A DNA stretch of 63,018 nt, counting the filler. It is 6 parts of 6 records of this genome, joined end to end, with 100 filler letters (N's around TTAATTAATTAA, not from the genome) between each part and the next. Parts side by side here need not be neighbours in the genome. Positions count along the whole stretch, not along the records: positions 16,714 to 21,780 come from DRR723986_2387; positions 21,881 to 31,538 come from DRR723986_2388; 4 more parts are not named here. One strand, 5' to 3'. The notes under the pieces were generated by a model. That model had not been told where the DNA came from and did not search any database. It was given only the letters and a program-made list of their open reading frames with translations. Shown in pieces: positions 19,654 through 30,373 of the stretch; the stretch's first letter is position 1, and every line of letters starts with the position of its first letter. The position numbers were made by a program, and so were the translations under genes.

Positions 19654-20176
19654 AACGATCCCCGAACACGCGCTTTCAGCGGACATCGACACCGCCATCG
19701 GCGCGCTGATGGATGCGGGTTTTGGTGAGGAGGCGGGGTTTCGCGGGCAGTCGTTCCATAAGATGCGCCATCACCTCCGCATCGTCGGTTGGCAGGACGG
19801 GCAGATGATCGGCCATGTCGCCATGCAGTTGCGGGCAATCCGGGCCAACAACGCGGCCCTGACCATCGCCGCGATTGGCGAGGTTGCGGTCCATCCCGCG
19901 CATCAAGGCAAGGGGATCGGCAGCGCCCTGATGCGACGGGCGATCGGCACAGCCAAGGACACTGTGGCAGAATTCGCCATGCTGTTTGGCCACCCCGGCC
20001 TCTATGCGCCGCTTGGCTTTTGCAATCAGCCCAATCGGCTGACTTATGTCACGTGGGCAAACCACACCCCCCGCGATGTTGTCACCGATACAATCGAAAG
20101 CTTGATGGTGCTTCCGCTCGGCTCTACGCACTGGGACGAGACCGCCGAGATCAACCTCTGCGGACCGCTGTTCTAA
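19643..20176 (+). CDS. GNAT-family N-acetyltransferase
   Basis: VAVHPAHQGKGIGSALM acetyl-CoA motif; LY..LGF. Confidence 0.85.
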   Translation: MRIETIPEHALSADIDTAIGALMDAGFGEEAGFRGQSFHKMRHHLRIVGWQDGQMIGHVAMQLRAIRANNAALTIAAIGEVAVHPAHQGKGIGSALMRRAIGTAKDTVAEFAMLFGHPGLYAPLGFCNQPNRLTYVTWANHTPRDVVTDTIESLMVLPLGSTHWDETAEINLCGPLF

Positions 20177-20185
20177 GAGGACCCC

Positions 20186-20806
20186 ATGACGCTGACCTTC
20201 GCGCAGGCCGCGCTTTACGCCGGGGCATTGTTCGTGCTGTTCCTGACGCCCGGCCCGGTGTGGCTGGCACTGGCGGCGCGCACATTGGCGCATGGAGTGG
20301 CTGGGGCTTTGCCGCTGATCCTGGGTGTTGCGCTTGGCGATGTGGCCTGGAGCCTGCTTGCCATCCTGGGGCTCAGCTGGGTCGTGCAAAGCTATGCCGG
20401 CATCATGGTGGTCCTGCGCTGGTTGGCGGTTGTCGTTTTCGCGCTGATGGGGCTGCTGATCATTCGCCACGCGGATCGGGGCATCGAGGCCGACAGCCGC
20501 CTGAACCGCAAAGGCGCGTGGGCCGGGTTCGTGGCCGGGCTTGCCGCCATCCTCGCCAATCCCAAGGCGGTGCTGTTCTACATGGGGATGCTGCCCGGCT
20601 TCTTCGATCTGACTGCCCTGACAGGCACGGATATCGCGGTGATCGCCGCCATTTCCATGTGCGTTCCGGTGATGGGTAACCTGATGTTCGCCATTTTTGT
20701 GGATCGTGCGCGGCGGCTGATCACTTCGCCCGGCGCCCTGAAACGCACCAACCAGATCGCGGGCAGCCTGCTGATCGGGGTGGCAGTGATCATTGCGCTG
20801 ACCTGA
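20186..20806 (+). CDS. LysE/RhtB-family amino-acid exporter
   Basis: TPGP and NPKA motifs; multiple TM helices. Confidence 0.88.
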   Translation: MTLTFAQAALYAGALFVLFLTPGPVWLALAARTLAHGVAGALPLILGVALGDVAWSLLAILGLSWVVQSYAGIMVVLRWLAVVVFALMGLLIIRHADRGIEADSRLNRKGAWAGFVAGLAAILANPKAVLFYMGMLPGFFDLTALTGTDIAVIAAISMCVPVMGNLMFAIFVDRARRLITSPGALKRTNQIAGSLLIGVAVIIALT

Positions 20807-20874
20807 TGGCGCAGGCCCATTACAAGATCGTCCCACACCACCGCAATTAGCCACCTAAATCTTGTGTCACACCC

Positions 20875-20903
20875 GTGACATTCCCTGCCACGGAACGTAT
20901 AAG
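20875..20903 (+). promoter_or_regulatory. Putative sigma70 promoter of gyrB
   Basis: GTGACA-N17-TATAAG upstream of ATG 20932. Confidence 0.5.
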
Positions 20904-20931
20904 AAGTAGACAAGAAAAACAGGGGTCATCC

Positions 20932-21780
20932 ATGGCCGAAAACGCGCAGGCACCAGTCGAATACGGTGCGGATTCTATCAAGGTTCTCAAAGGGTTGGAG
21001 GCCGTCCGCAAACGCCCCGGTATGTATATCGGGGATACGGATGACGGGTCCGGTCTGCACCACATGGTGTATGAGGTCGTAGACAACGGCATTGACGAGG
21101 CTTTGGCCGGCCACGCCGACGCCGTGACGGTGACGATTCACGCCGACAATTCGGTCTCGGTCCGTGACAACGGGCGCGGGATTCCCGTGGGCATCCACGA
21201 GGAAGAAGGCGTCAGCGCGGCAGAGGTCATCATGACCCAACTGCACGCGGGCGGTAAATTCGACGACAACGCTTACAAGGTGTCGGGCGGCTTGCACGGC
21301 GTCGGCGTTTCGGTGGTGAACGCCCTGTCTGACTGGCTGGACCTGCGGATCTGGCGCGATGGCAAGGAACACTATGCCCGGTTCGAAGGCGGCTTTACCG
21401 TCAAGCACTTGGAAGTGGTCGGCGACGCCAATGGCGAGAAGGGCACCGAAGTCCGCTTCATGGCCTCGACCGGCACGTTCTCGAACCTCGAATATGTCTT
21501 CAAGACGCTGGAAAACAGGCTGCGCGAACTCGCGTTCCTGAATTCCGGCGTGCGGATCATCTTGAACGACCTGCGCCCGGCTGAACCGCTACGGTCCGAA
21601 CTGTTCTATGAAGGCGGCGTCAAGGAATTCGTCCGCTATCTGGACCGGTCCAAGCAATCCGCGATGCAGGAACCGATCTTCATCACCGGCATCCGCGACG
21701 ATATCGAGATTGAAGCGGCGCTGTGGTGGAATGACAGCTACCACGAAACGGTGCTGCCCTTCACCAACAACATCCCGCAG
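20932..21780 (+). CDS. gyrB: DNA gyrase subunit B, 3'-truncated
   Basis: [50 protein letters not shown]. Confidence 0.97.
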
Positions 21781-21880
21781 NNNNNNNNNNNNNNNNNNNN
21801 NNNNNNNNNNNNNNNNNNNNNNNNTTAATTAATTAANNNNNNNNNNNNNNNNNNNNNNNNNNNNNNNNNNNNNNNNNNNN
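21781..21880. other. Artificial contig-joining spacer
   Basis: N run + TTAATTAATTAA + N run. Confidence 0.98.
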
Positions 21881-21881
21881 T

Positions 21882-21953
21882 ACTTCCCGATCAAATTTCA
21901 AGCTGAACCGGACCGCTGCCCTCGCCGAGTTGCGCCAGTTGCTTGCAGGCTAG
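21882..21953 (+). CDS. Possible C-terminal fragment of an unidentified gene cut by the contig edge
   Basis: Reads TSRSNFKLNRTAALAELRQLLAG-stop; too short to assign. Confidence 0.25.
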   Translation, partial: TSRSNFKLNRTAALAELRQLLAG

Positions 21954-22054
21954 GAGTTGGGTTTAGGCCAAGCCTTATATTTATTTGCATTGTTGTGACA
22001 CCCCCCTTGTTAGAAGCCCCTAATCTTTTTGACCTTGTTCAGGGCTTCTCATTG

Positions 22055-23218
22055 CTAGGAAGGACGTTGGCTTGCTTTGGCGATGAAAAACAGAAGTGTC
22101 GCCACCACAAGCACAGCAACTGACGCTATGGGCAGAGCAACAGGGCCAAAAGCTTCGTACACCGCGCCACCGCCTGCCGCACCCAACCCTTGTCCGCCAA
22201 AAAACGCAGAAGCGTTGAGTGCGAGGGCCAGTTGCGCGCGTGGACCTGCAGTTTCCATCAGTCGTGCCTGCAAAGGGGCAAGGCAAAGGGCCCAGCCGAC
22301 ACCAAAAAAGATGAACGCCGGGTAGGACAGCCAGTAAAAATGCGGTGCAACCCATAAGATCAAGAAACAGAAGGCTGTAAACACAAGACCGCCAAGGATC
22401 GTCCCATCGCGCCCAAGCAGGCGCACCAAATGTGAGGAGAAAGCATTGCCTATGACCGACGCGATACCTGCTGCCAGCAGGGCCGTCGTGAGGGCCGTGC
22501 GTGGCGCGCCGCCCACTTCGACAAACCAGAACGCGATCATCGCGTAAGTGATGAAACCGCCACAGATCAGCAAAAGTGTGGTGGCAATGGTCAGTGATGT
22601 GGCGCGATCAGAAAGGACGGCCAACATTGCCGAAAATGAAGCCCGCGTGCCACGTACGCCACCCGGAACGCCGACAGCTACACCCACTGCGGCGACAAAT
22701 GCCGCTCCTGCTGCAACGAACCAAGCCGCACGCCAACCCGCAAATTCGGCTACCGCACTAGATATCGGCAGCGCCACAACCAGCGACGCCGTAAGCCCGC
22801 CAAAGACCACAGACATCGCAGCAGGCCGCTGCGCATCTGTTACCAATGACGCAGCAATCACCGAGGCCGTGGGCATGACCGAGGCTGCCCCCAAGGCCAT
22901 GGCAACACGTGCGGCCATCGCCTGTTCCCAGTTTTGCGCAAATCCAAGTGCCAAGCCGCCACACCCCAGCAAGGCCAGCGAGGCGAACAACACCGCGCGG
23001 CGATCCCAATGGCCGATCAGAACCTGTGCGACCAATGCACCAACCGCAAGCGAGAAGGAAAAGGCCCAAACCAGTGCCGCGACTTCCTCGGCAGTAATGC
23101 CCAAACCTGACCGCATTTCGACCTGTACGGCGATTATGGCAAGTGAACCCCAGCTTGCGCAGAGTTGACAAAATCCAAGCAGGATCAGAATTGGCCAGGC
23201 GCGTCCCATAGGTTTCAT
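22055..23218 (-). CDS. MFS transporter (DHA1/AraJ-like efflux)
   Basis: About 12 hydrophobic helices; motif A-like GHWDRR; AARVAMALG; start at 23218 or 23209. Confidence 0.85.
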   Translation of the reverse strand: MKPMGRAWPILILLGFCQLCASWGSLAIIAVQVEMRSGLGITAEEVAALVWAFSFSLAVGALVAQVLIGHWDRRAVLFASLALLGCGGLALGFAQNWEQAMAARVAMALGAASVMPTASVIAASLVTDAQRPAAMSVVFGGLTASLVVALPISSAVAEFAGWRAAWFVAAGAAFVAAVGVAVGVPGGVRGTRASFSAMLAVLSDRATSLTIATTLLLICGGFITYAMIAFWFVEVGGAPRTALTTALLAAGIASVIGNAFSSHLVRLLGRDGTILGGLVFTAFCFLILWVAPHFYWLSYPAFIFFGVGWALCLAPLQARLMETAGPRAQLALALNASAFFGGQGLGAAGGGAVYEAFGPVALPIASVAVLVVATLLFFIAKASQRPS

Positions 23219-23293
23219 TCCCTCGATTGGTTCGTTTGCGTGGCGTGATGGGGTGCACATACCCCAAGGTCATCAAGCCTTTCTTATAATTTT

Positions 23294-23344
23294 ATACTGC
23301 TACGTATTTTAATGTTCTTGCAAGCTTAAAATACTGTAAGGTAC
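23294..23344. promoter_or_regulatory. Two candidate TetR operators between the MFS and TetR genes
   Basis: ATAC-TGCTAC-GTAT (23294-23307) and ATAC-TGTAAG-GTAC (23331-23344). Confidence 0.5.
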
Positions 23345-23350
23345 TTATTT

Positions 23351-24004
23351 ATGAGCAACAACACTGACAAACCAGCCCGCGGACGGCCAAGAACTTTGCA
23401 ACGAGAGCATGTGCTCAAGATTGCGGTGGAAAGTTACTGGACCGATGGACTGACAGGTGTTTCGATAGAAGAGATTTGCCGCCGAGCAGGAGTCTCCAAG
23501 CCGGGGGTTTATCGGGAGTTTGGTAACGAAGACGGGTTAAAACAGGCCGCCTTGGAAAGGTATCAGTCGACTATCTTGGCACCGCTCGCAGATATTTTGA
23601 CCGATGATTTGCCCTTTGAACAGGCATTGAGGAAATTGACTGACTTTGTTCTCTTGGATCGCAAGGCCCACGGACTGCCTGCTGGCTGCTTGCAGGTTAC
23701 TACGTGTCGTAGCAAGCAAACCCTAGGAAAGCGAACTCGAGAGAGTGCACATAAATTTAGCGATCAAACCCTAATGGGTCTTGAACAGTGGATAGACCGG
23801 GCGAAATCAAAAGGGCAGTTTGCAGTCGAGATACCTACGCGGACCGCAGCACTGTACGTTGATGCTCAGATCGCAACTGCGATGGAACTCCAACAGCAAG
23901 GCGTGACCCAAAAAGAGTTGGAGCGTGTTTTCAAGCTGGCTCTTACTGTATTTTTTGAGAAAAGGCGTCCTATTCTGGACCAGATTTTCAGTGAGTTCGT
24001 TTGA
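23351..24004 (+). CDS. TetR/AcrR-family regulator
   Basis: RGRPR, SIEEICRRAGVSKPGVYREFG HTH; divergent from the MFS gene. Confidence 0.9.
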   Translation: MSNNTDKPARGRPRTLQREHVLKIAVESYWTDGLTGVSIEEICRRAGVSKPGVYREFGNEDGLKQAALERYQSTILAPLADILTDDLPFEQALRKLTDFVLLDRKAHGLPAGCLQVTTCRSKQTLGKRTRESAHKFSDQTLMGLEQWIDRAKSKGQFAVEIPTRTAALYVDAQIATAMELQQQGVTQKELERVFKLALTVFFEKRRPILDQIFSEFV

Positions 24005-24551
24005 CGATTCTGTCCTCTACTGAATTGAGCTCTTCAGGTGTGAAAAGAGATTGGAGCGCGCTTTTTGCTTCAACAGCGGACCGTGGCGCGGCCGCATTGA
24101 ACGTCCGCTTCGTCAGCTCTGCCGACCTTCATCAACGAAAAAGGTGTTGTCAGAACAAACCGACTTCAGACGGGCACGACGGTCGCATAGCCTCGCCGGA
24201 TCACAAAACGCAGTCCGTTTTGATATTTCGAAACCAGGCCGGAGATCATCCGCCAGGCGGTCATACTTTACCAGCGCTTTGCGCTTTGGCGTCGGAGACG
24301 GGTTCGAATTTGGCGGGCCGCACCGCCATTTCCTTTTAATAACAAAAACTTACATGCACCGCCTGGTTTTCATCAGGGGTTTAAAAACGCAGCATAACGT
24401 GCTGCGCGTCCCGGCTGAGCATGGGTTTTTGTCTGGTCAGTTGCACGAGGCTGATGTCTTTTGGGATATGCGGCGCCCAATGCATCATGCCCTATCGCGG
24501 CTCAGAAAGAATTGAGGCACCCAATCGGCATATAGCGGCGATAGCATGGTC

Positions 24552-26531
24552 TTACACCGCCATACCAATCATTCGACCGTCGCGGAACGCTGCCGCAGCC
24601 AGCCTTGGTGCGGCGGCATCGCCCACGGGGCGCACATCAATATTGCGGGCGCGTAAGTCTTCTAAAAGGGTCGCATCACATCTATTTGACGTGGCCAGCA
24701 CCAACGAGGCCGCGGGGATATGGGTTTCTTCGCCTGTCAGCAGCGACACCACACGCGCACCCTGCGCAGACCATTGGGTTATCGCAGTTTCGGTGATGAA
24801 ACGAACGCCAAGCCGGGCCAATGTCTGGCGGGCGTTGAAATCGGTTGCGCTGCGGCTCAGGTCGCGGGCGATCATGGCATCGGGGGTAAGTATGGTTACC
24901 TGATGACCTTGTTCCGCCAGATGCCACGCTGTTCCGATGCCTTTCCAGTGCCCCCCTTCGTCAAGCAGAAGCACGTGATCGCCAAGGCGGGCGGCGCGGC
25001 CCATCACGTCTTCGGTGGACCAGACATTGCCTGCCCCTATGCCAGGCAGTTCCGCGACCTGTGGCAGGGCCTTTTGAAACCCGCGACCCGCTGGCAAAGA
25101 GCCGGTGGCAAGGATCACCACATCGGCGGCCAGCGCGGTAATTTCACCGGCCTCCATGTAGCTGTTAAACCAGATCTCGACCCCCAGTTTGGTTAACTGC
25201 CGCTCATACCATGCGATCAGGTCTGTAATCTGGGCGCGGCGTGGTTGCTTGCCGGCAAAGCGGAATTGCCCACCCAGCTCTGGCCCTGCCTCGGCCAGTG
25301 TCACCCGGTGGCCGCGTTCAGCGGCAACGCGCGCGGCCTCTAGCCCGGCGGGGCCAGCGCCGATCACCAGCACAGTGCGCGGGGCCGGGGCAGGGGTGAA
25401 TCGGTCGCCGCCCCAGGCGTATTCATGCCCGGCTGACGGATTGATCAGGCATGAGATATAATAATCCCGGCTGCGCCGCCCCCAGCATTGCTGATTGCAG
25501 GAAATACAGCCGCGAATATCGTCTGTGCGCCCCTGGGCTGCCTTGTTTGCCAGATGCGGATCGGCGATTTGCCCGCGCACGATAGATACCAGATCAGCTT
25601 GGCCCGCACCCAAAAGCGTATTTGCGTTCTCAGGCGTGCGAATGCCCGCCTCGGCCGTCACCCTTGCGCGCAACCCCGCCTGTTTCAGGCGCTCGGCCAG
25701 ATCGACACCTAGGTTTTCAGGGTATTGAAAGCTGGGGATGATTTTTTGAAAATCTACATAACTGCCGGCGCCGACGGTGACATAATCCATCAGCCCTTGC
25801 GCATCGTGCAGGCGCAAGATGTCGACCATCTCGTCGCGCGTTGGAAAGACACCTGTGTTTGGATCGTCCGAGATCGCCAGCCCGATGATGAAGGTTTCGC
25901 CACAGGCGCTGCGGATGCGGCGCAGCACTTCGCGTGAAAACCGGGTGCGGTTTTCCAGGCTGCCGCCCCATTTGTCGCCGCGCTGGTTTGAAAATGGCGT
26001 CCAGAATTGATCGAGTAATGAATGATAGGCCGCCCACACCTCGACCCCGTCGAAACCGGCCTTCTGACAGCGGATCGCGGCCTGCACAAAGGCGTCGATT
26101 GTTTCTTCGATCTCATCCTCTGACATGGCGCGGCTGCCATCATTGTCATGGTAGCTTGGCCCGCCCGAGGGCGACCAATTCGCATGCCACGAGTTATCCC
26201 AATCGCCATGCGCGCCGATATGGTAGAGCTGCTGGATCATCACTGCGCCTTGCGCCTGACAGGCCTGCGTGATGCGCTTGAAATGCGGTATCACGTCATC
26301 TGTGCTGGGGCGGAAATTGCCCCGCGTCAGCACGGCCGCGGGGTGGACGGGCATCGGCTCTACCACGATCATAGCGGCACCGCCGCGCGCGCGTTCAAGG
26401 TAATAGCCAAGGTGTTGATCACCGGGCAGGCCGTCGTTGGCCATGTTGGCCGTATGCGCGCCAAAGACAATACGGTTGCGCAGCGTCTTGTGGCGCAGGG
26501 GCAGTGGCTGGAACAGGTGTTTGAAACTCAT
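24552..26531 (-). CDS. NADH:flavin oxidoreductase / OYE-like flavo-iron-sulfur protein (TMADH/DCR/StcD architecture)
   Basis: LRNRIV, ERARGGA, WGGSLENRTRF, CISCNQQC..C cluster, GAGPAG. Confidence 0.88.
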   Translation of the reverse strand: MSFKHLFQPLPLRHKTLRNRIVFGAHTANMANDGLPGDQHLGYYLERARGGAAMIVVEPMPVHPAAVLTRGNFRPSTDDVIPHFKRITQACQAQGAVMIQQLYHIGAHGDWDNSWHANWSPSGGPSYHDNDGSRAMSEDEIEETIDAFVQAAIRCQKAGFDGVEVWAAYHSLLDQFWTPFSNQRGDKWGGSLENRTRFSREVLRRIRSACGETFIIGLAISDDPNTGVFPTRDEMVDILRLHDAQGLMDYVTVGAGSYVDFQKIIPSFQYPENLGVDLAERLKQAGLRARVTAEAGIRTPENANTLLGAGQADLVSIVRGQIADPHLANKAAQGRTDDIRGCISCNQQCWGRRSRDYYISCLINPSAGHEYAWGGDRFTPAPAPRTVLVIGAGPAGLEAARVAAERGHRVTLAEAGPELGGQFRFAGKQPRRAQITDLIAWYERQLTKLGVEIWFNSYMEAGEITALAADVVILATGSLPAGRGFQKALPQVAELPGIGAGNVWSTEDVMGRAARLGDHVLLLDEGGHWKGIGTAWHLAEQGHQVTILTPDAMIARDLSRSATDFNARQTLARLGVRFITETAITQWSAQGARVVSLLTGEETHIPAASLVLATSNRCDATLLEDLRARNIDVRPVGDAAAPRLAAAAFRDGRMIGMAV

Positions 26532-27262
26532 CTGCCGCTCTCCAGTTGGTCCAAGCCGCTACGCAAGGCATCGCGCATCCCGCAGTTTTCAAGCGTTTGG
26601 CGCAAGCGTTGGTTAAAGCCGCCCGGTGTATTCAAGGCCTCGACAACACTGCCTGCCTGCGTATTGGCCAAGCTTGACGTTACGAGGTGGCGTAAAAACG
26701 CATCACCGCGTTCTGGGTCTGCGACCCGGGTTGAAAGCCAGGCGGTTGTATCCTCAACCAGCCGCGCGACGGGCGAAAGCACCGCCTGCGCGCTGATATA
26801 AGCCGCCATCTCTGCATCATTTTCGATCATGTAAACCGTGTTGGCCGGTGCAACCAGCGCGCGCACCAGATCACCGTTGCCCTGAACCAACACGGGCGAG
26901 CCGCCCGCCGCGATGCCGGGAAAGGGCAGCATCACCGCCAAGGCTCGCGCCGGCGCAACCATGGCAGCGACCGTTTCCAGCGATACGCCCCCCATCAGCG
27001 AAATCACCTGTTGGTCGGCGCGAAATGACAGGCCATGTAAAATGCCAGGCGCCGCGTCAGCCATGAGCGCCACGAGAATAACGTTGCTTTGATCTAGCAC
27101 CTCTTGGTTTGAGGCCACGCAGACATTGTTGAATTCCTTAGCCAGGGCCTGTGCGTGATGCGCGCTGCGTTCGCAAACGGCAATCTGATGCCCATCTCCA
27201 GCGATCCCGCGAACTACCGCTGATGCAATCGTGCCCGTTCCTATAACCCCGATCCGCATCAT
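26528..27262 (-). CDS. Pyrroline-5-carboxylate-reductase-like NAD(P)-dependent oxidoreductase
   Basis: Rossmann [23 protein letters not shown] (S/TPGG motif); ATGA-coupled on both sides. Confidence 0.78.
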   Translation of the reverse strand: MMRIGVIGTGTIASAVVRGIAGDGHQIAVCERSAHHAQALAKEFNNVCVASNQEVLDQSNVILVALMADAAPGILHGLSFRADQQVISLMGGVSLETVAAMVAPARALAVMLPFPGIAAGGSPVLVQGNGDLVRALVAPANTVYMIENDAEMAAYISAQAVLSPVARLVEDTTAWLSTRVADPERGDAFLRHLVTSSLANTQAGSVVEALNTPGGFNQRLRQTLENCGMRDALRSGLDQLESGR

Positions 27263-28287
27263 TTTGCCCCCCATGTATCTGACAACCGATACCCCTCGGG
27301 CCAGGGGTCGGACGGATCCAGCATGTGTTGGTGGATGCCGGTGATCCAGCCGCGCCCCGAGATTTCAGGAATAATGGCCGCGCGATCACCCGCCTTGGTT
27401 TCGCCAAGTATCGTGCCGGAAAAGGTTGATCCGATCAGCGAATGCGCGGTCAGACGATCGCCTTTTTTCATCACGCCGCGGGCGTGCAGCAGCGCCATGC
27501 GCGCCGATAGCGCGGTGCCCGTTGGCGAGCGATCAACCTTGCCAGGTTGGATGGCCACCGCAGCGCCAGTTTCCAGGCCCGCAGGCCCAGCGGTAAGAGG
27601 CCCGGCAAAGAGGCAGAAAGAGATATGTCGCCAATCCTGGTTCTCGGGGTGGCGAAAGCCCAGCTGTTCGTTGGCCGCATTTGTAATGCGCACACCCAGC
27701 TTGGCGATGTCATGTGCCTCGCTGGCATTCAGCGAAAACCCAAGTGCCGCCGCATCGACCACCACAAAACTATCGCCGCCATAGGCCGTATCTACGCGCA
27801 GCGTGCCCAGGCCTGCGACCTCTAGGCTTTGGTCAAGCTCGGCGGCAAAGGATGGCACGTTTTGCACATGGATACGTTCGGCCTTGCCGTTTCGGCAATC
27901 TGCCCGCACACGCACCAGCCCACCGGGTGCTTCCAGCACCATGTGGGTTTCCGGCTCGACCATCGGCACAAGGCCCGCATCCAAAAGCACGGTTGATACG
28001 CAGATCGCATTCGAGCCAGACATCGGCGGCGTGTCTTCGGGTTCCATGATGATCCATGCCACCTGTGCATCGGGATGTTTGGGTGGCACCAAAAGGTTGA
28101 CGTGCCGAAACACGCCGCCGCGTGGTTCGTTCAGCATAAAGTTGCGCAAGCTCTGATCCCGTGCGATCCAGTGGCTTTGCTCCCAGATGGTGTCGCCGGG
28201 GGGCGGCAAAACACCACCGACGATCACATCGCCAACCTCGCCCTCGGCATGCGCCGAGATCACATGGATGGTCTTGGTTGCGCGCAT
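27259..28287 (-). CDS. Proline-racemase-family protein, Ser/Thr type (trans-3-hydroxy-L-proline dehydratase-like)
   Basis: HAEGE, EPRG, PMSGSN and DRSPTGT in place of MCGH/DRSPCGT. Confidence 0.85.
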   Translation of the reverse strand: MRATKTIHVISAHAEGEVGDVIVGGVLPPPGDTIWEQSHWIARDQSLRNFMLNEPRGGVFRHVNLLVPPKHPDAQVAWIIMEPEDTPPMSGSNAICVSTVLLDAGLVPMVEPETHMVLEAPGGLVRVRADCRNGKAERIHVQNVPSFAAELDQSLEVAGLGTLRVDTAYGGDSFVVVDAAALGFSLNASEAHDIAKLGVRITNAANEQLGFRHPENQDWRHISFCLFAGPLTAGPAGLETGAAVAIQPGKVDRSPTGTALSARMALLHARGVMKKGDRLTAHSLIGSTFSGTILGETKAGDRAAIIPEISGRGWITGIHQHMLDPSDPWPEGYRLSDTWGAK

Positions 28288-28288
28288 C

Positions 28289-30334
28289 TTAGATATCCTT
28301 GAGCAATCGCAGCGCGTCATAGATCGCCGCATGGGTGTTGCGTGCGCTGACCGCGTCACCGATGCGAAACAGCTGGAAGCTGCCTTTGGCGTTGCGGGTC
28401 ACGTCCTGCGGGCGGCCTTGGGTCAGCGCGTCGTGATCGACCGCACCACCATTCGATGACAGGGGCTTTAGCGCGAAATAAAGATCATCCAGCGGCAGGG
28501 TGCCGTAGTTTACCACGATCTGGTCATAGGTCTTTTCACTGGTGTAATCGCTATAGTCTGTGCCGATTGTCGCCTTCAGGCGGTTGCCATCCTTTTGCAC
28601 AGCCTTCAGGCGGCGTGTGACAGTGAATGTCACGTCCTTATCTTGCAGCGCCCGCATATAGGGCACAAGGTTCATCGCCATAACCTCGGGGGCAAAGCTG
28701 CGATCGGGGGTCATCACCTCGACATGTGCGCCCGCTTTTGCGGCAACCTCGGCAGCCATCAGACCGGCGTGATCGCCCGCTTCGTCAAAGATCAGCACGT
28801 CTTGGCCGGGCTTTACATCGCCCGAGATGATATCCCACGACGACACGACCAAGGGCTGATCGGCGCGGTCTTCGAAAAGGCCCGTATTGGGCATGCCGCC
28901 GGTGGCCACAATCACCACATCGGGGTTCAGCGCGGTCACATCCGCCACCTCGGCCCAAGTGTTGAAATGAAATGCCACATCGCGCGCGGCACATTGCGCC
29001 ATGCGCCAGTCGATGATGCTGATCATCTCGCGGCGGCGCGGGTTTTGCGCGGTCAGGCGAACTTGGCCACCGGGGTCGGGCTGGGCCTCGAACACTGTCA
29101 CATGATGGCCGCGTTCGGCGGCGACGCGGGCGGCTTCCAAACCGGCGGGGCCCGCGCCAATGACGACCACCTTTTTCAAGGTTTCCGCCGGCGGTATCGC
29201 ATGCGGCATGGTTTCCTCGCGCCCTGTTGCAGGGTTGTGGATGCACAGGGCCATGCCGCCTTGATAGATGCGGTCCAAACAATAGGTTGCGCCAACACAG
29301 GGGCGGATGTCATCTTCGCGCCCCTCCATGATCTTTTTCACCACATGCGGGTCGGCCATATGGGCGCGGGTCATCCCGACCATATCCAGCAGGCCTGCGG
29401 CGATGGCATGGCGCGCGGTCGCCACATCGGGGATCTTTGCGGCATGGAAGGTGGGCATGCCGGTTGCCGCCTTGACCGCGCCTGCGAAATCCAGATGCGG
29501 GGCGTTTTTCATGCCCTGCACCGGGATCACATCTGTCATCGCCGGATCGGTATGGATGCGTCCACGGATCACGTTCAGGAAATCGACCATGCCGCTATTG
29601 GCCAGTTTCTTTGAAATCTCGATGCCCTCTGCGGCGGTAATGCCGCCGGCCTCGGCCTCGTCTGCTGTGTAGCGCAGGCCAATGATGAACTCGTTGCCCA
29701 CACGTTTGCGGATGCCGCCAAGCACGTCCATCAGCAGCTGCATGCGAGTATCCAGTGTTTGCCCGCCGTAAGGCCCCTCTAGATCGTTGGTCAATGGCGA
29801 CCAGAATTGATCGAGCAGGTGGCCATAGACCTGCAGCTCGATGCCATCCATCCCGCCCTCTTTCATGCGTTCGGTGGCATCGGCAAAATCGGTGATGATG
29901 CGTTCAATATCCCAATCTTCGGCACGTTTGGGAAAGGCGCGATGCGCCGGTTCGCGGTGCATGGTTGACGATATCGATGGCAGCCAATCGCCCTTATCCC
30001 AGCGTGTCCGCCGCCCAAGATGGGTCAACTGGATCATCACCGCACAGCCATGATCGTGGCAGGCATCGGTGAGCCGTTTGATATGGGGCACCACCTCGTC
30101 TTTATAGGCTAAGATGTTGTTGAATACCGGCGGGCTGTCTTTGGACACGGCAGCAGAGCCTGCCGTCATGGCCAGTGCCACACCCGCCTTGGCCCGTTCC
30201 GCATGATAGGCGGTGTAGCGCCCCTTGGGCATGCCATCTTCGGGATAGGCCGGTTCGTGGCTGGTGGTCATGATGCGATTGCGCAGCGTTAGGTGTTTCA
30301 ACTGATAGGGCTGAAGAAGGGGGTCGGTCGACAT
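28289..30334 (-). CDS. stcD: StcD/HpbA-like flavoprotein (N-methylproline demethylase-like NADH:flavin oxidoreductase)
   Basis: [60 protein letters not shown]. Confidence 0.78.
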   Translation of the reverse strand: MSTDPLLQPYQLKHLTLRNRIMTTSHEPAYPEDGMPKGRYTAYHAERAKAGVALAMTAGSAAVSKDSPPVFNNILAYKDEVVPHIKRLTDACHDHGCAVMIQLTHLGRRTRWDKGDWLPSISSTMHREPAHRAFPKRAEDWDIERIITDFADATERMKEGGMDGIELQVYGHLLDQFWSPLTNDLEGPYGGQTLDTRMQLLMDVLGGIRKRVGNEFIIGLRYTADEAEAGGITAAEGIEISKKLANSGMVDFLNVIRGRIHTDPAMTDVIPVQGMKNAPHLDFAGAVKAATGMPTFHAAKIPDVATARHAIAAGLLDMVGMTRAHMADPHVVKKIMEGREDDIRPCVGATYCLDRIYQGGMALCIHNPATGREETMPHAIPPAETLKKVVVIGAGPAGLEAARVAAERGHHVTVFEAQPDPGGQVRLTAQNPRRREMISIIDWRMAQCAARDVAFHFNTWAEVADVTALNPDVVIVATGGMPNTGLFEDRADQPLVVSSWDIISGDVKPGQDVLIFDEAGDHAGLMAAEVAAKAGAHVEVMTPDRSFAPEVMAMNLVPYMRALQDKDVTFTVTRRLKAVQKDGNRLKATIGTDYSDYTSEKTYDQIVVNYGTLPLDDLYFALKPLSSNGGAVDHDALTQGRPQDVTRNAKGSFQLFRIGDAVSARNTHAAIYDALRLLKDI

Positions 30335-30373
30335 GTCGGGCCTCTTGGATGACTGATGGCACTATTCGAAAAA

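Noticed and set aside
20863-20880. TGT-N12-ACA match upstream of gyrB as a PpsR site
   Set aside because: A single short match outside the photosynthesis cluster; PpsR normally needs paired sites.
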